DNA from: Candidatus Altimarinota bacterium | GTDB lineage: Bacteria > Patescibacteriota > Gracilibacteria > UBA4473 | DNA length: 64,000 nucleotides | Assembly: GCA_965231215.1 (NCBI GenBank) | Contig: OZ246423.1 | Span: 128,001-192,000 of the forward strand | Direction of reading: 5' to 3' | Part shown: piece by piece, positions 29,589 to 39,821 of the stretch | Layout of the letters: each line of letters opens with the position of its first letter | How positions within the stretch are numbered: position 1 is the stretch's first letter | The notes under the pieces: model-generated | The model's database searches: none | What the model was told of the DNA's origin: nothing | The model's input: only the letters and a program-made list of their open reading frames with translations | Position numbers and translations under genes: made by a program

Positions 29589-29870
29589 TCATTCGGCGAT
29601 AGTTTCTTCAACTAATGAGAAATAGCCGCGCATATGCAAAACTACAGGAGATTGAGATGGTAATTTTTTCAACCTAGCGGCCATTAATTCGGCGATAACT
29701 TTGGGGGATACCTTTTCAGCTACTAACGCATTAAAAATTCTAACGACTTCAATTATCTGTGAATCTTTAAGTTTTGAGGGATCAATTTGAGCCATGTCAT
29801 GCTCCATTTCAAAACCATCTACCCCTCCATACGTTCCTACTTCCTTAACATTCGGATTTGAATCATTCAT
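29589..29870 (-). CDS. Hypothetical 93 aa protein
   Basis: ORF filling the gap, AT-rich upstream region. Confidence 0.5.
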   Translation of the reverse strand: MNDSNPNVKEVGTYGGVDGFEMEHDMAQIDPSKLKDSQIIEVVRIFNALVAEKVSPKVIAELMAARLKKLPSQSPVVLHMRGYFSLVEETIAE

Positions 29871-30077
29871 AAATATAACAAATAAGTAACAAAGAAATGC
29901 TATCTATAACAAAACCCAAAGTCAAAAAAATTTACTAAAAATAAGCATAAAAATATTTTAATTTATTTTTTAAACAAAAATAATCTTTTCAGTTTGACTA
30001 AAAAGTAAAAAAACAAAGAATAAAGGCAATTATAAATGGCAACAAAATATTCATTAACAAATATTTTCATCTTTTAA

Positions 30078-31811
30078 ATGCCTAACACCCCAACTGAAAC
30101 TCTGCCAGTCCCACACACATTACCTGGAATTTTTGATCCGGAAACTGGCCTTGAGTACCAGGAATTATCTGATCCAACAAGAGGCTCCGTTAATGCATGC
30201 ATCGGAGCCTCTAGCGTTTTAGACCAAACAGCATGGGTAACACCCAAAGAACTCTCATCTCTGAAGAAAACAATGGAAGACTCTAGGGCCTGGCAAACCA
30301 ATCCTACTGACAAATATGGAGCCGCTCATATTTTCTCAAAAACTACAGGAGGGAAAAAAAGAACTGTCACCTTTGTAGCAGAAGATGACCCTAAGGTAAG
30401 CCCCCAAATAACAATAGAGGAATCCAAGATCAAAGAAAGCATCGGTGGCGGTGCCCAAAATGGAATGATGGATGCTGCAGTCATAAAAAAGGCTCTTAAA
30501 GCTTTATTTGGACTAACTAATATCCCAAGAGACACCCTCACCTTTAGTGCTCCGATCAAAATCCGAGAAGAAGTTATCAAAAGGGTTACCAACGTAGGGC
30601 TTCCTGAACTTACCGTAAATGCCCAAGATGGAACTATCAGAGAAACATATGCTCTTAATGACGGAACAGATAAAATAACCATCTCCACCCAATCTGGGAA
30701 CCTAGCAGAAGGTGAAGATCTACCACCAATAGATCCAAAAACTGGATATATTCTTTTCAACAACGAAGTTAGCCCTAGAGTTTTTCAAGACATGATAAAA
30801 CATGCCAGACAAAATCCAGCAACGCCACAGAATTTTATCTGGGCAGTTGGCAGCAATCAACTCAACCAAGATCCTAATAACTTTGATGTTTTTCTTCAAA
30901 AGTGCAATACAGTAATCCTAAATCTAGACGAGGCTGTAAAATGGATACTCAACCATTCAGATCCTGCGTTTTCACAAGACAAGGCCTTACTCGATCTATT
31001 AGAAGACATTCCAGAGGGAGACTCCAAAAAAGCGGCAAAACTTTATGATAAGGCTAATAAAGCTCTAGAAGTTTTAGCTCAAGGATTAACTAGGATAGGG
31101 CTCAATACCCCTCAGAAAAAAACTCTACCCATAAACAAAAAACGAATCCCTTCACCTCCTAAAGAACCAAAATCAGGGAAACCCAGAAGCGAACAAATCA
31201 CTAAGGCGTGGTCAGATTACAAAGTAGAATTAGATGAATATAAAAAAAGAAGAACCACTATAGCCCAAAGAATTGCTGACATTATCCATAGTATGGGGCT
31301 GGAGCTTGGAACGGTTTATATTACTGATGGTGGAAATCCAACCATCTCTAGTAGGAGATATAACAGCAAAAAAAGAAAAGAACCAAGAAAAAAACAGCTC
31401 TATATCCCTCCACTAAGTGACAACGAAACTGAAAAGATAAAAAACATAATTAGACAATTCACAGAGAGTGAACCTGCAGAATACACTATCGGATGTGGAG
31501 ACTCTGTAGCTGGAACTATTTTGGCATTAAAACAAATGACAGGCGATCAGGCTCTCCCAAGCACCATTAATATTGTAGCTAACTACATTAGCTGTCTTAT
31601 CCGTTGGATGCCCTATCCAAATCTCTTAGAAATTGAAGCAGTCTACCCAGGGATGACTCAAGAAGTGATCAAAATCGCTCTTCAAGATTTAGACAAAAAT
31701 GATAAAAATACATTTGAACAACGAAAACTAGAGCCTATTCCACCAGAAGCCAAAGGCAGAAAAATTTCTCCATTCATGAGAATGATCCAAGCCCATAAAA
31801 GCCCATCTTAG
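30078..31811 (+). CDS. Highly divergent PfkB/ribokinase-fold protein with large insertions
   Basis: GGGAQN, ILNLDEA (NxxE), YITDG, YTIGCGDSVAG (anion-hole motif). Confidence 0.7.
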   Translation: MPNTPTETLPVPHTLPGIFDPETGLEYQELSDPTRGSVNACIGASSVLDQTAWVTPKELSSLKKTMEDSRAWQTNPTDKYGAAHIFSKTTGGKKRTVTFVAEDDPKVSPQITIEESKIKESIGGGAQNGMMDAAVIKKALKALFGLTNIPRDTLTFSAPIKIREEVIKRVTNVGLPELTVNAQDGTIRETYALNDGTDKITISTQSGNLAEGEDLPPIDPKTGYILFNNEVSPRVFQDMIKHARQNPATPQNFIWAVGSNQLNQDPNNFDVFLQKCNTVILNLDEAVKWILNHSDPAFSQDKALLDLLEDIPEGDSKKAAKLYDKANKALEVLAQGLTRIGLNTPQKKTLPINKKRIPSPPKEPKSGKPRSEQITKAWSDYKVELDEYKKRRTTIAQRIADIIHSMGLELGTVYITDGGNPTISSRRYNSKKRKEPRKKQLYIPPLSDNETEKIKNIIRQFTESEPAEYTIGCGDSVAGTILALKQMTGDQALPSTINIVANYISCLIRWMPYPNLLEIEAVYPGMTQEVIKIALQDLDKNDKNTFEQRKLEPIPPEAKGRKISPFMRMIQAHKSPS

Positions 31812-31833
31812 TGAAAATTATATACATCAAAAA

Positions 31834-32394
31834 TCACTCCCAAACCCCCAATTCAGCTTCTTTGGCCTTATTTTCGTACTCACGAAATTCTGATTTCCGC
31901 TCAAACGGAAAACCAAAATAGCCTCGTGCCAGACCAGATTTTATCATTTCAGCATTTAGATCTTGCCCTTCTTGAGTAAAAACATAAGCAAGCTTTCTTC
32001 CATAAACGTCATACTTATCCCCTACTTCATCTTCAATTAAGCAGACCCTAGTCTCATCTTCTAAAAGTAATTTTAATTTTCTCCCAGCCTCGATAGCAAA
32101 GGGCTGGATAGCCGTCCCTTTTCTTTTACTTTCCGGCGTATCAATCCCGATCATTCGAACCCGAATTCTATCCTTTTCATCCTGAACGATAAGCGTATCT
32201 CCATCTACTACTCGTTCTAAATCAAACCACTCACAATCGATTTTGAAATTTTGGGAAATCCAATTATTTTTAGAACTAATTTTTTGTTCTTGTTCAGTAT
32301 TTTTATTCAATAAAAAGCTGTCTAAATCCTTCCCCTGATTAAAATTACAACCAAATAAAAACAGGCTTAAAATAGATAAACAAAAAAATTTCAT
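31834..32394 (-). CDS. Thermonuclease (SNase-like) lipoprotein
   Basis: Lipobox LFGC; RVVDGDT, RMIGIDTPE, DVYGRKLAYV. Confidence 0.93.
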   Translation of the reverse strand: MKFFCLSILSLFLFGCNFNQGKDLDSFLLNKNTEQEQKISSKNNWISQNFKIDCEWFDLERVVDGDTLIVQDEKDRIRVRMIGIDTPESKRKGTAIQPFAIEAGRKLKLLLEDETRVCLIEDEVGDKYDVYGRKLAYVFTQEGQDLNAEMIKSGLARGYFGFPFERKSEFREYENKAKEAELGVWE

Positions 32395-32479
32395 ATGCTC
32401 AAAATTTATTTAAATAAAACAAACGTGCAACCCACTTCAAAAAAATATAAACTTGTCCCTATAGCGTAAAACATATCTT

Positions 32480-34033
32480 ATGAACTGGATTCTCAAAAAA
32501 CTCGACAAAGCCTTACTCACCCCCATTAAAGCTATTAAAAAACGCTATATCCCCCTCCTCCTCATCTATTTTGCCTATGGAGCTCAAGGATTAACGGCCA
32601 TAGCTCTCACTTTTTGGGAAAAAGAAAATCTGAGCTTAAGCGCTGAACAGCTGGTTTCTATCACTGTATGGGTAAGTCTCCCTTGGACTATAAAAATGAT
32701 TTTTGGGCAACTCGTTGATGTTGTTCCCCTCTGCGGGTCAAAAAGAAAAGCCTACGTATACCTAGGAGCAGGACTCATGGCGTTGGGGTATTTAATGCTC
32801 TATGGAATGGCTACCGAAAACCCAGGCATTACCTGGATAGGCAGTCAGTTTAATATGTACCTAGCTTCTAGCTTGGTAATGGTACTGGGTTTCCTGATCC
32901 AAGACGTAACCGCCGATGCTATGAGTACTGAAGTAGTAGATCGAAACCAAAAAGAATCGGCTATAAAAAAGGAACTCACACTCATACAAATCCTAGGCCG
33001 CCTAAGCCTTATGATTGCCGCTGCTGTAGTCGCTGGACTCAGCGGTTATTTAGCCGATAAATTTACGTATGAACAAGTATTCCTAATAGCGCTGATTATT
33101 CCTGTCATTTCCGTTGTTGGCGCCACCTTTGTAAAACTCGAGACTTCCAAAGAAAAATCTACCTTCGATATTAATATCCTTGGAGGAGGAATTGCCTTTG
33201 CCATATTTACCATAGCGATGGCTTTTAGCTCTGTGCCTTATTCCCAAGAAATAGTCCTAATAGTATCTTTTGGGTTACTCTCTTTTATGCTTCGCTCTAT
33301 TCTGAAAGGCCAAGACAAAAGTTTAGTGCAGGCTATTGTTCTCACCTTTGCCGTCCTTTTTATTTTCAGAGCCACTCCCAGCGTAGGCCCAGGGTACAAT
33401 TGGTGGGCGATTGATGTACTTGGGTTTGACGAAATGTTTTTTGGTCTACTCAAACAAATCAGCTCTGTTACTGCTTTAGTCGTACTTTGGCTCATTGCAG
33501 ATTATATTGCCAGTCGGCCAGTCAAGGCCGTATTACTACTATTAATCGTGGTAGAGTTACTCTTCGATATGCCTAACTTGATGCTGTACTACCAATTGCA
33601 TGAAGTAATGGGTATATCGGCCCGAACTATGGCTCTGTTTGATACCGCTGTTGAAGCTCCGTTAGTACATATCTCTATGATTCCAATGTTGGCTCTTATT
33701 GCCTATTATGCTCCCGTCGGGAAAAGGGCTACCTGGTTTGCCGTTGCCGCTAGCTTTATGAACTTAGCCTTGAGCACAAGAGAAATTTTCACCAAATATC
33801 TAAATCAGTTGTTCATTATAAGTCGAGAAACCAAAGATGCTGAAGGCCATATCGTTACCCCTCAAGACTATTCTGAACTCGGGATGCTGCTTTGGAGTGC
33901 TATCTTAATTTCATTTTTTGTCCCACTTATAGCCGTTCTAGTACTGCTAAAAGATCCCGAAAAACCAAGTCAATTTAATTGGGTAAACCGCATATTCCGA
34001 ATATTTGGACGACGAAATGAGCCTATAAACTAA
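32480..34033 (+). CDS. MFS transporter, BT1 folate/biopterin-like
   Basis: LPWTIKMIFGQLVD..PL.GSKRKAY, QDV.ADA, ATPSVG motifs; about 12 TM. Confidence 0.75.
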   Translation: MNWILKKLDKALLTPIKAIKKRYIPLLLIYFAYGAQGLTAIALTFWEKENLSLSAEQLVSITVWVSLPWTIKMIFGQLVDVVPLCGSKRKAYVYLGAGLMALGYLMLYGMATENPGITWIGSQFNMYLASSLVMVLGFLIQDVTADAMSTEVVDRNQKESAIKKELTLIQILGRLSLMIAAAVVAGLSGYLADKFTYEQVFLIALIIPVISVVGATFVKLETSKEKSTFDINILGGGIAFAIFTIAMAFSSVPYSQEIVLIVSFGLLSFMLRSILKGQDKSLVQAIVLTFAVLFIFRATPSVGPGYNWWAIDVLGFDEMFFGLLKQISSVTALVVLWLIADYIASRPVKAVLLLLIVVELLFDMPNLMLYYQLHEVMGISARTMALFDTAVEAPLVHISMIPMLALIAYYAPVGKRATWFAVAASFMNLALSTREIFTKYLNQLFIISRETKDAEGHIVTPQDYSELGMLLWSAILISFFVPLIAVLVLLKDPEKPSQFNWVNRIFRIFGRRNEPIN

Positions 34034-34706
34034 TAGTTACCTCTTTCCATTCACCAGGTTTTAAAGCCCCTAACTCAACGTCTCCAAATCGGACTCTAAG
34101 GAGATCTAAAACTTGGTAATCTAATTTCCCACACATACGACGAATCTGTCGGTTACGCCCCTCTTTTAATATAATACTAAAGACACTCGCCTCCACTACA
34201 GAACATTTACAAGGCGCTGTTGGTTTTCCTTCTATATCTAACCCTTGCTCCATTTTTGAACAAAATTTTTGATCAATCTTTTTGTGCACTGATACTAAAT
34301 ATTCTTTCTCTTTTTGATAGCGTGGGTGCATCAGTTTATTAGCTAAATCCCCATCATTGGTGAGCAATAATAACCCCTGTGAATCTTTATCTAAACGCCC
34401 AATAGGAAAAACCCTTCCTACTCCAAAATCCACATTAGCAAGAGTCATTACCCCTTCAATCGATTTAAGTGTCGTTTCCATCCCCAAAGGTTTATAAAAA
34501 GCTAAAACAATAGGCTGCACTTCATGAGTAATATCCAGTAATTCCCCATCCAAATAAATATTTTCGGTTCCATCAACTCTATCGCCTAGACTTACCAAAT
34601 CACCATTTACTTTAAGCCTTTTTTTACGGATAAAGTCTTCTACCTGACGTCTAGAAAAAAGCCCCTTTTGAGATAAAAACTTTTGGATACGAATTTTTTC
34701 TACCAT
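34023..34706 (-). CDS. RsuA/RluB/RluF family pseudouridine synthase
   Basis: S4 domain, GRLDKDSQGLLLLTNDG, EGRNRQIRRM. Confidence 0.95.
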   Translation of the reverse strand: MVEKIRIQKFLSQKGLFSRRQVEDFIRKKRLKVNGDLVSLGDRVDGTENIYLDGELLDITHEVQPIVLAFYKPLGMETTLKSIEGVMTLANVDFGVGRVFPIGRLDKDSQGLLLLTNDGDLANKLMHPRYQKEKEYLVSVHKKIDQKFCSKMEQGLDIEGKPTAPCKCSVVEASVFSIILKEGRNRQIRRMCGKLDYQVLDLLRVRFGDVELGALKPGEWKEVTISL

Positions 34707-34814
34707 GACAATATTAACTCTATTAAAAAATAGCCAAAACTAAAGTATTGACGAATAAAAAGACACACAACTACCAGATGTCATACTTTAAAGTAAAGCA
34801 AGCTAAAAAAAACT

Positions 34815-36206
34815 TCAGCCTCGACGTAAAAACCCAAGCATAAAGAGCGCTCCCAGAATAATCGCTACTCCTAAAGCGACGACTTTTGTAGATCCTCCAG
34901 ATTGAACCAGCTTGGTAGAAAAAGTCAAACTCGCTCCATAAGACTCATTATCACTCGTATCAATAGTTACCAGTCTCACTTGATAGTTTTGATTTGAAGT
35001 TACATCAAGCTCCGTGCTGGTAGCATTTTTACCCAAAGAATATCCCTGATCCCAAGTTCCTAAACCTACACGAGTATAAAGCACTTGGTCCTTAATATCT
35101 CCATCGATGTCTACCGCTGGAGTCCAGTTTAAAGTTACTTTATTTTTAACCTGAGCTTCTCTGGTATCTACCGATAACCCTCGAGCATCTTGAGGAGGAT
35201 TTTGATCTCCAGTTTGTGGTGCTGAAGATCTTGGTGTCTCTTCAGGAAAGCTATCTGGAACATTAAAATCTACAGAATTATTAATATCGCTTGGCTGTTC
35301 CAAAAAGGAATCCAAAAAATCAAACTCTTCATCCTCAGGAATAAGTACTTCATCATTCTCTCTATCTTCATCAAGCAGTATAGCTTCAATCGGATCAACG
35401 CTATTTTCTTCCTCAGTGTTAGTATTTACTTCTGGTTCTTCTATTACCGCTGGGGGCAATTCGCTTTCAAAGCTGACCTTAGCAATAAATTTAACTGTAT
35501 CGGTAATCCCTGAACTTACAGGGTTCCCTTCTAAATCCGTCACTCCAGAAGTAGCGGTAATTCGGTAAGGTCTTCCCGGCATAAGACTTCCTTCCTCTAC
35601 AAAAAGAGTCAATTTCTCTGAGTTTAGGCGCGTATCTAAGATCAGAATCTCAGATTCGTTTGCGTCATCATTTAACAAAAAGGCATCAGTCTTACTATCA
35701 ACCTGAACGGTTTCGGACATAGTCACCACAATCTCAGTAGGCGCAATATGTTCAGCTGACTGTACACTTGGAGATTGCCCATCGCCTTCTCCAGAAGTAC
35801 TCCCCGCACCGGCAATCGGGGTAGCTGAAACTTCCAACGAGTAATTAAGGGATTCATTCTGCTGATCATCCAACGCCGTCACGGCAAAGAAATAAGATTG
35901 TCCATTCAACAAATCCTCAACTGTAAACTCCGTATCATCTGTATCTAAAGGTATTTCTGCATCATACGCATCCCCTTCGGCAATTACCGCAGAAGTCCCA
36001 TAGTAAACTTTATACCCAGCAATAACCCCATCAGCATCATCCGCTTCATCCCAAGCAAGCAACACAGAGGCATCTAATGGAGTCGCTCTCAAATTTTCTA
36101 CATCCCCTGGCGGTTCAAGCTCTTGAGCAAAAACGTGGGATACCAACAATACCCCCATGATGAAGATTTTTAGAAAGGACTGAGAAACAAATTGATTTAT
36201 ACGCAT
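34815..36206 (-). CDS. Secreted fibronectin type III domain protein with C-terminal TM anchor
   Basis: Signal peptide; FN3 motifs (LAW, GYKVYYG, YFFAVTA); C-terminal LVQSGG-TM-RRG. Confidence 0.85.
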   Translation of the reverse strand: MRINQFVSQSFLKIFIMGVLLVSHVFAQELEPPGDVENLRATPLDASVLLAWDEADDADGVIAGYKVYYGTSAVIAEGDAYDAEIPLDTDDTEFTVEDLLNGQSYFFAVTALDDQQNESLNYSLEVSATPIAGAGSTSGEGDGQSPSVQSAEHIAPTEIVVTMSETVQVDSKTDAFLLNDDANESEILILDTRLNSEKLTLFVEEGSLMPGRPYRITATSGVTDLEGNPVSSGITDTVKFIAKVSFESELPPAVIEEPEVNTNTEEENSVDPIEAILLDEDRENDEVLIPEDEEFDFLDSFLEQPSDINNSVDFNVPDSFPEETPRSSAPQTGDQNPPQDARGLSVDTREAQVKNKVTLNWTPAVDIDGDIKDQVLYTRVGLGTWDQGYSLGKNATSTELDVTSNQNYQVRLVTIDTSDNESYGASLTFSTKLVQSGGSTKVVALGVAIILGALFMLGFLRRG

Positions 36207-36224
36207 AGATCAGGTTCAATTCTA

Positions 36225-38705
36225 CTACTTTGCAAAAATTTGAACAACATAAAATTCGCCATCTTCATTCTGGGCTAACCCAACGCCCATTCTGCGCCAT
36301 CTAGAAGCCAAAATATTCTTTCTATGTGAAGCAGAATTTTCAAGCCCAGACAAGGCTAAGTTAAGACTAGAACCAAAGCTCAAATTTTCGGCAAAAGACG
36401 TTACTTCAATTCCTTCCAAACGATCTGATACATCCTCACCTTGTGGATCTGTATGCGCAATAAAGTCTTCATCCGCCATTCTCTGAGCGTAAGCTTGAGC
36501 TACATTTCTAAGCTTTACATCTGGCACTAATTCAGACTGCCCATTTCTAAATCGGATGCGGTTAATCCAATCATAGACAGCCTTACTACTATTAACTTTT
36601 ACCACTGTTTGAGTCCGCGTAAATACTGGCAAAACTTTTGCATCATTAAAGTAAATAGCTCGATTAAATAAAATTTCTCCCTTAGTTGAAACCATTTCAA
36701 CCGCATACATTCCCATCTTCTTGGGCTGAAACCAAAAATTAAACCAGTCACCGTTTTTACTCAAAGATAAGGTATCTACTTCTCCATCAGGATTAATAAT
36801 AAAGACCTCTTCAGGCAACTCTATATCTGGATCCAAAATCTTTCCTTCCACCTTTATGGGTTTGAGAGTGCGATAATAACGCTGAAAATCTTTAACCGAA
36901 ATACCTTTGACCTCAGCATCTGGAAACCCCTGTATAAGCTCTAGGTTTTCAAAAGTTACCTTTTTCCAGTTAGTAAACTGTTTATCCAAAGTCCCATCTT
37001 CAGACTCAGCTTGAAACACATCAATCGCTAAATTTTGTCCCTCTCTAAAAGCACGAAAAAACTCATAATCAAAATCAAAGTGGCTCATCCCATGAGTAAA
37101 TAGAGCTCTTTCAATTTTATTTTTTTGTGTAAATTCAAATTTAGTTAAACGATTTGGAGCACTAGACCATCGGAACCAAATTTTTTCATCTTCAGGCACT
37201 AAACTCAACTCCAAATCAGAACTAAATCGAATATCGCTAGATGGATATTTTCTTTCTCGAGGATAATCCACTACCTCAACTGGCGCTACCCGAGATTGTC
37301 TTTGTGCATCAAATACAATCCCCATATCAAATTTTCCTCGCTTGAAAAAACTCACCGGCACCGAAAAGTTTTTACCAGAAAGATTGCTTTTAAAGTGGTC
37401 TTGCTCACTCCCTCCTTGTGGCTGAATAAAGACCGTCACCTCACTAAAATTGTCTTCCAAAAGCGACCTCCCCCGCACCGGAGTTACGAGCCCTTTAATC
37501 ACTTTCTCAGGAATTACATGGCGCAGTTCAATATCAGGAAAGAAGGTTTTTCCAGAAGCACCTACCGTTTCCAAAAAGAGTGGTTGATTAAATAATGCAG
37601 ACCTTTTAGGGGCTTCTTCAACCGTATCAAATACATCCGAAGTTAGCTGATCTTTGATCGTTTCAGGAATCACGTGACGTCTCGATTCAGACTCTAAATT
37701 TGGTCTAATTTGTTCTGGGAGTGGACTTTTTTCATCTTGAGGGTCATTAAACACCTCAAACTCTACATGGATCACCCCACTAGAAATAGGCGCCAGTTCC
37801 TCAAACGCTTTTTGGGATAAATCTAGTACTCTATTTTTATGATAAGGCCCTCGGTCATTAATACGCACTACTACAAAGTCTCCGTTGTCTCTATACACTT
37901 TCAAACGAGTCCCAAATGGAAGCGTCCTATGAGCCGCCGTAAGATCAGTAGGATCATAAATTTCTCCACTAGCAGTAGGTTTTTGGGCGAATCCTTCGTT
38001 ATAATAACTGGCTTTTCCAAAACCTGAAAAGAGGTATTTATAAGTAAAGTCATTCTCCGCTACCTTGATGGTTCGATAAATAATTTCTGCTACCTCTCCA
38101 CGAGAAAGTAGTTGGTTAGGGGTATCATCCTTTGGCAGTAATCTAAATTCTTTAGCTCTATTAAAATAAGGTTCATACCATACTTGGGTGTCTGTCGGTT
38201 CGGGCACTTCTACCTCGAAGGTTTCTAAAAGCATTTTCAAAAAACCCGCTCGGGTTACCTTGGCCCCAGGATAAAAATTACCATCTGGAAACCCTTTCAC
38301 TATCTCAAGCTCTGCAGCGGTATTCACATAAGGATAAAACCAATACGCTTTAATAACATCTGGGAAAGCAGATTCCGTTTCCATAGATAAAGGAAGGTTA
38401 GCCGAAAGCAGTAAAATTTTGAGCGCTTCTGCCCGGTTAATTTTTTCTAGAGGTTTAAAATTTTGTTTGCCTTCAACTGTATGGCCTTTGACAACATCAT
38501 TTTGCCGCAAATATTCAATCGCATGAAAATAGGGGTGAGTGACATCTACATCCAAAAAGGCCGCTTTAGCAGATGGCAGGCTCACAAAGAGCAAACCAAG
38601 AACTAAAGCTAACCCAGTAAGCTTAGATAAATTGATTTTAAAAACGAAAAAGCCTCTGAGATAAGGGTATTTGATCAATGTGCATTCGAAAAAATTTTTC
38701 AGCAT
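36225..38705 (-). CDS. SLH + RlpA (DPBB) + CAP domain surface protein
   Basis: SLH repeats; GKASYY, TAAHRTLPFGT, RINDRGP; C-terminal ENL..SASHRKNIL..GVG; start uncertain (38705 or 38678), upstream extension overlaps ndk. Confidence 0.88.
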   Translation of the reverse strand: MLKNFFECTLIKYPYLRGFFVFKINLSKLTGLALVLGLLFVSLPSAKAAFLDVDVTHPYFHAIEYLRQNDVVKGHTVEGKQNFKPLEKINRAEALKILLLSANLPLSMETESAFPDVIKAYWFYPYVNTAAELEIVKGFPDGNFYPGAKVTRAGFLKMLLETFEVEVPEPTDTQVWYEPYFNRAKEFRLLPKDDTPNQLLSRGEVAEIIYRTIKVAENDFTYKYLFSGFGKASYYNEGFAQKPTASGEIYDPTDLTAAHRTLPFGTRLKVYRDNGDFVVVRINDRGPYHKNRVLDLSQKAFEELAPISSGVIHVEFEVFNDPQDEKSPLPEQIRPNLESESRRHVIPETIKDQLTSDVFDTVEEAPKRSALFNQPLFLETVGASGKTFFPDIELRHVIPEKVIKGLVTPVRGRSLLEDNFSEVTVFIQPQGGSEQDHFKSNLSGKNFSVPVSFFKRGKFDMGIVFDAQRQSRVAPVEVVDYPRERKYPSSDIRFSSDLELSLVPEDEKIWFRWSSAPNRLTKFEFTQKNKIERALFTHGMSHFDFDYEFFRAFREGQNLAIDVFQAESEDGTLDKQFTNWKKVTFENLELIQGFPDAEVKGISVKDFQRYYRTLKPIKVEGKILDPDIELPEEVFIINPDGEVDTLSLSKNGDWFNFWFQPKKMGMYAVEMVSTKGEILFNRAIYFNDAKVLPVFTRTQTVVKVNSSKAVYDWINRIRFRNGQSELVPDVKLRNVAQAYAQRMADEDFIAHTDPQGEDVSDRLEGIEVTSFAENLSFGSSLNLALSGLENSASHRKNILASRWRRMGVGLAQNEDGEFYVVQIFAK

Positions 38706-38709
38706 TTTT

Positions 38710-39177
38710 TTAGTCTTTTTTATCACATTGAGCATACACACTCTTCCACTCTTCCTTATCATATTCAAAAAGCTCAGTCTCAAGAAAAAAACGATTGATC
38801 TCCCGAGTCGCTGTGGCTTCCGAATCTGAACTATGAATAAGATTTTTCTGACTCGAAGAAGAAAAATCACCACGAATTGTTCCAAATTCAAAGTTATCAG
38901 TGCCCGATAGCTTTCGTACAATTTCAACTGCATTTAGGCCTTCAAGACACATCACTAGCACTGGGGAAGAGCTCATAAACTGAGCTAATTCTGCAAAAAA
39001 AGGGCGATCCACCACATGAGCATAATGCTCGCGTAAAACCGCATCCTTAAGCTGCATCATTTTAAAGCCAACAATCTTGAGTCCTTTGGACTCAAAACGA
39101 TCAACCATTTTTCCAATCAAACCACGCTGTACAGCATCTGGTTTAATAATCACGAGACTTCTTTGCATTTCATACAT
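38710..39177 (-). CDS. ndk: Nucleoside diphosphate kinase
   Basis: IIKPDAVQRGLIG, GTIRGDF, NLIHSSDS. Confidence 0.96.
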   Translation of the reverse strand: MYEMQRSLVIIKPDAVQRGLIGKMVDRFESKGLKIVGFKMMQLKDAVLREHYAHVVDRPFFAELAQFMSSSPVLVMCLEGLNAVEIVRKLSGTDNFEFGTIRGDFSSSSQKNLIHSSDSEATATREINRFFLETELFEYDKEEWKSVYAQCDKKD

Positions 39178-39196
39178 CTTTAATAGGGTAAAAGAA

Positions 39197-39244
39197 AAAG
39201 CGAATGAGTTTTATATTCAATATAGTAAAAATTTCATTCGCTTT
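39197..39244 (-). terminator. Long hairpin downstream of ssb
   Basis: AAAGCGAATGA...TCATTCGCTTT. Confidence 0.65.
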
Positions 39245-39258
39245 GAATTAGTTTAAAT

Positions 39259-39726
39259 TTAGAATGGTAAATCTTCTGGATCAATTTCATCCAGAGAGTC
39301 TGTCTTTGAGGCTTCTGTAACTGAAGCCTTGCCGGCCGAATCAGTATCACTTGAATTATCAGCACTCGTGTACGCATCCTCCCCAGCACCACCATTTCGT
39401 GGGCTTAGAATAATCATATCATTAGCTACAATTTCAGTCCGGTAGTGTTTCACTCCTCCTTCATCTTCCCAATTACGAGTTTGCAACCGCCCTTCAAAAA
39501 AGACTTTTACTCCTTTTTTTAGGTGTTCAGCACAAATTTCAGCCAATTTTCCCCAACATACAATATTGTGATATTCAGCCTCATCACGTTTTTGACCACT
39601 AGAATCAGTCCAGTAACGGTTAGTCGCAACACCGACCGTACAAACAGATTGTCCTCCCGTGGTTTTTTTGAGTTCTGGGTCACGAGTCAAGTTCCCAATT
39701 ACCTGCGCTTTGTTCAAAGAATTCAT
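39259..39726 (-). CDS. ssb: Single-stranded DNA-binding protein
   Basis: LNK..IGNLTRDPE, EGRLQTRNW, C-terminal DLPF. Confidence 0.98.
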   Translation of the reverse strand: MNSLNKAQVIGNLTRDPELKKTTGGQSVCTVGVATNRYWTDSSGQKRDEAEYHNIVCWGKLAEICAEHLKKGVKVFFEGRLQTRNWEDEGGVKHYRTEIVANDMIILSPRNGGAGEDAYTSADNSSDTDSAGKASVTEASKTDSLDEIDPEDLPF

Positions 39727-39821
39727 CCTACTTATCGATTAAAAAATACATGACGCCGAATGATTCTAAAACATTTAAAGTCGCCTCCAAATGATTTCAA
39801 TTGACAGATTTATTAAAAATT

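Noticed and set aside
38706-38933. N-terminal extension of the 902 aa ORF overlapping ndk
   Set aside because: Alternative frame of ndk; the signal peptide lies downstream of the ndk stop
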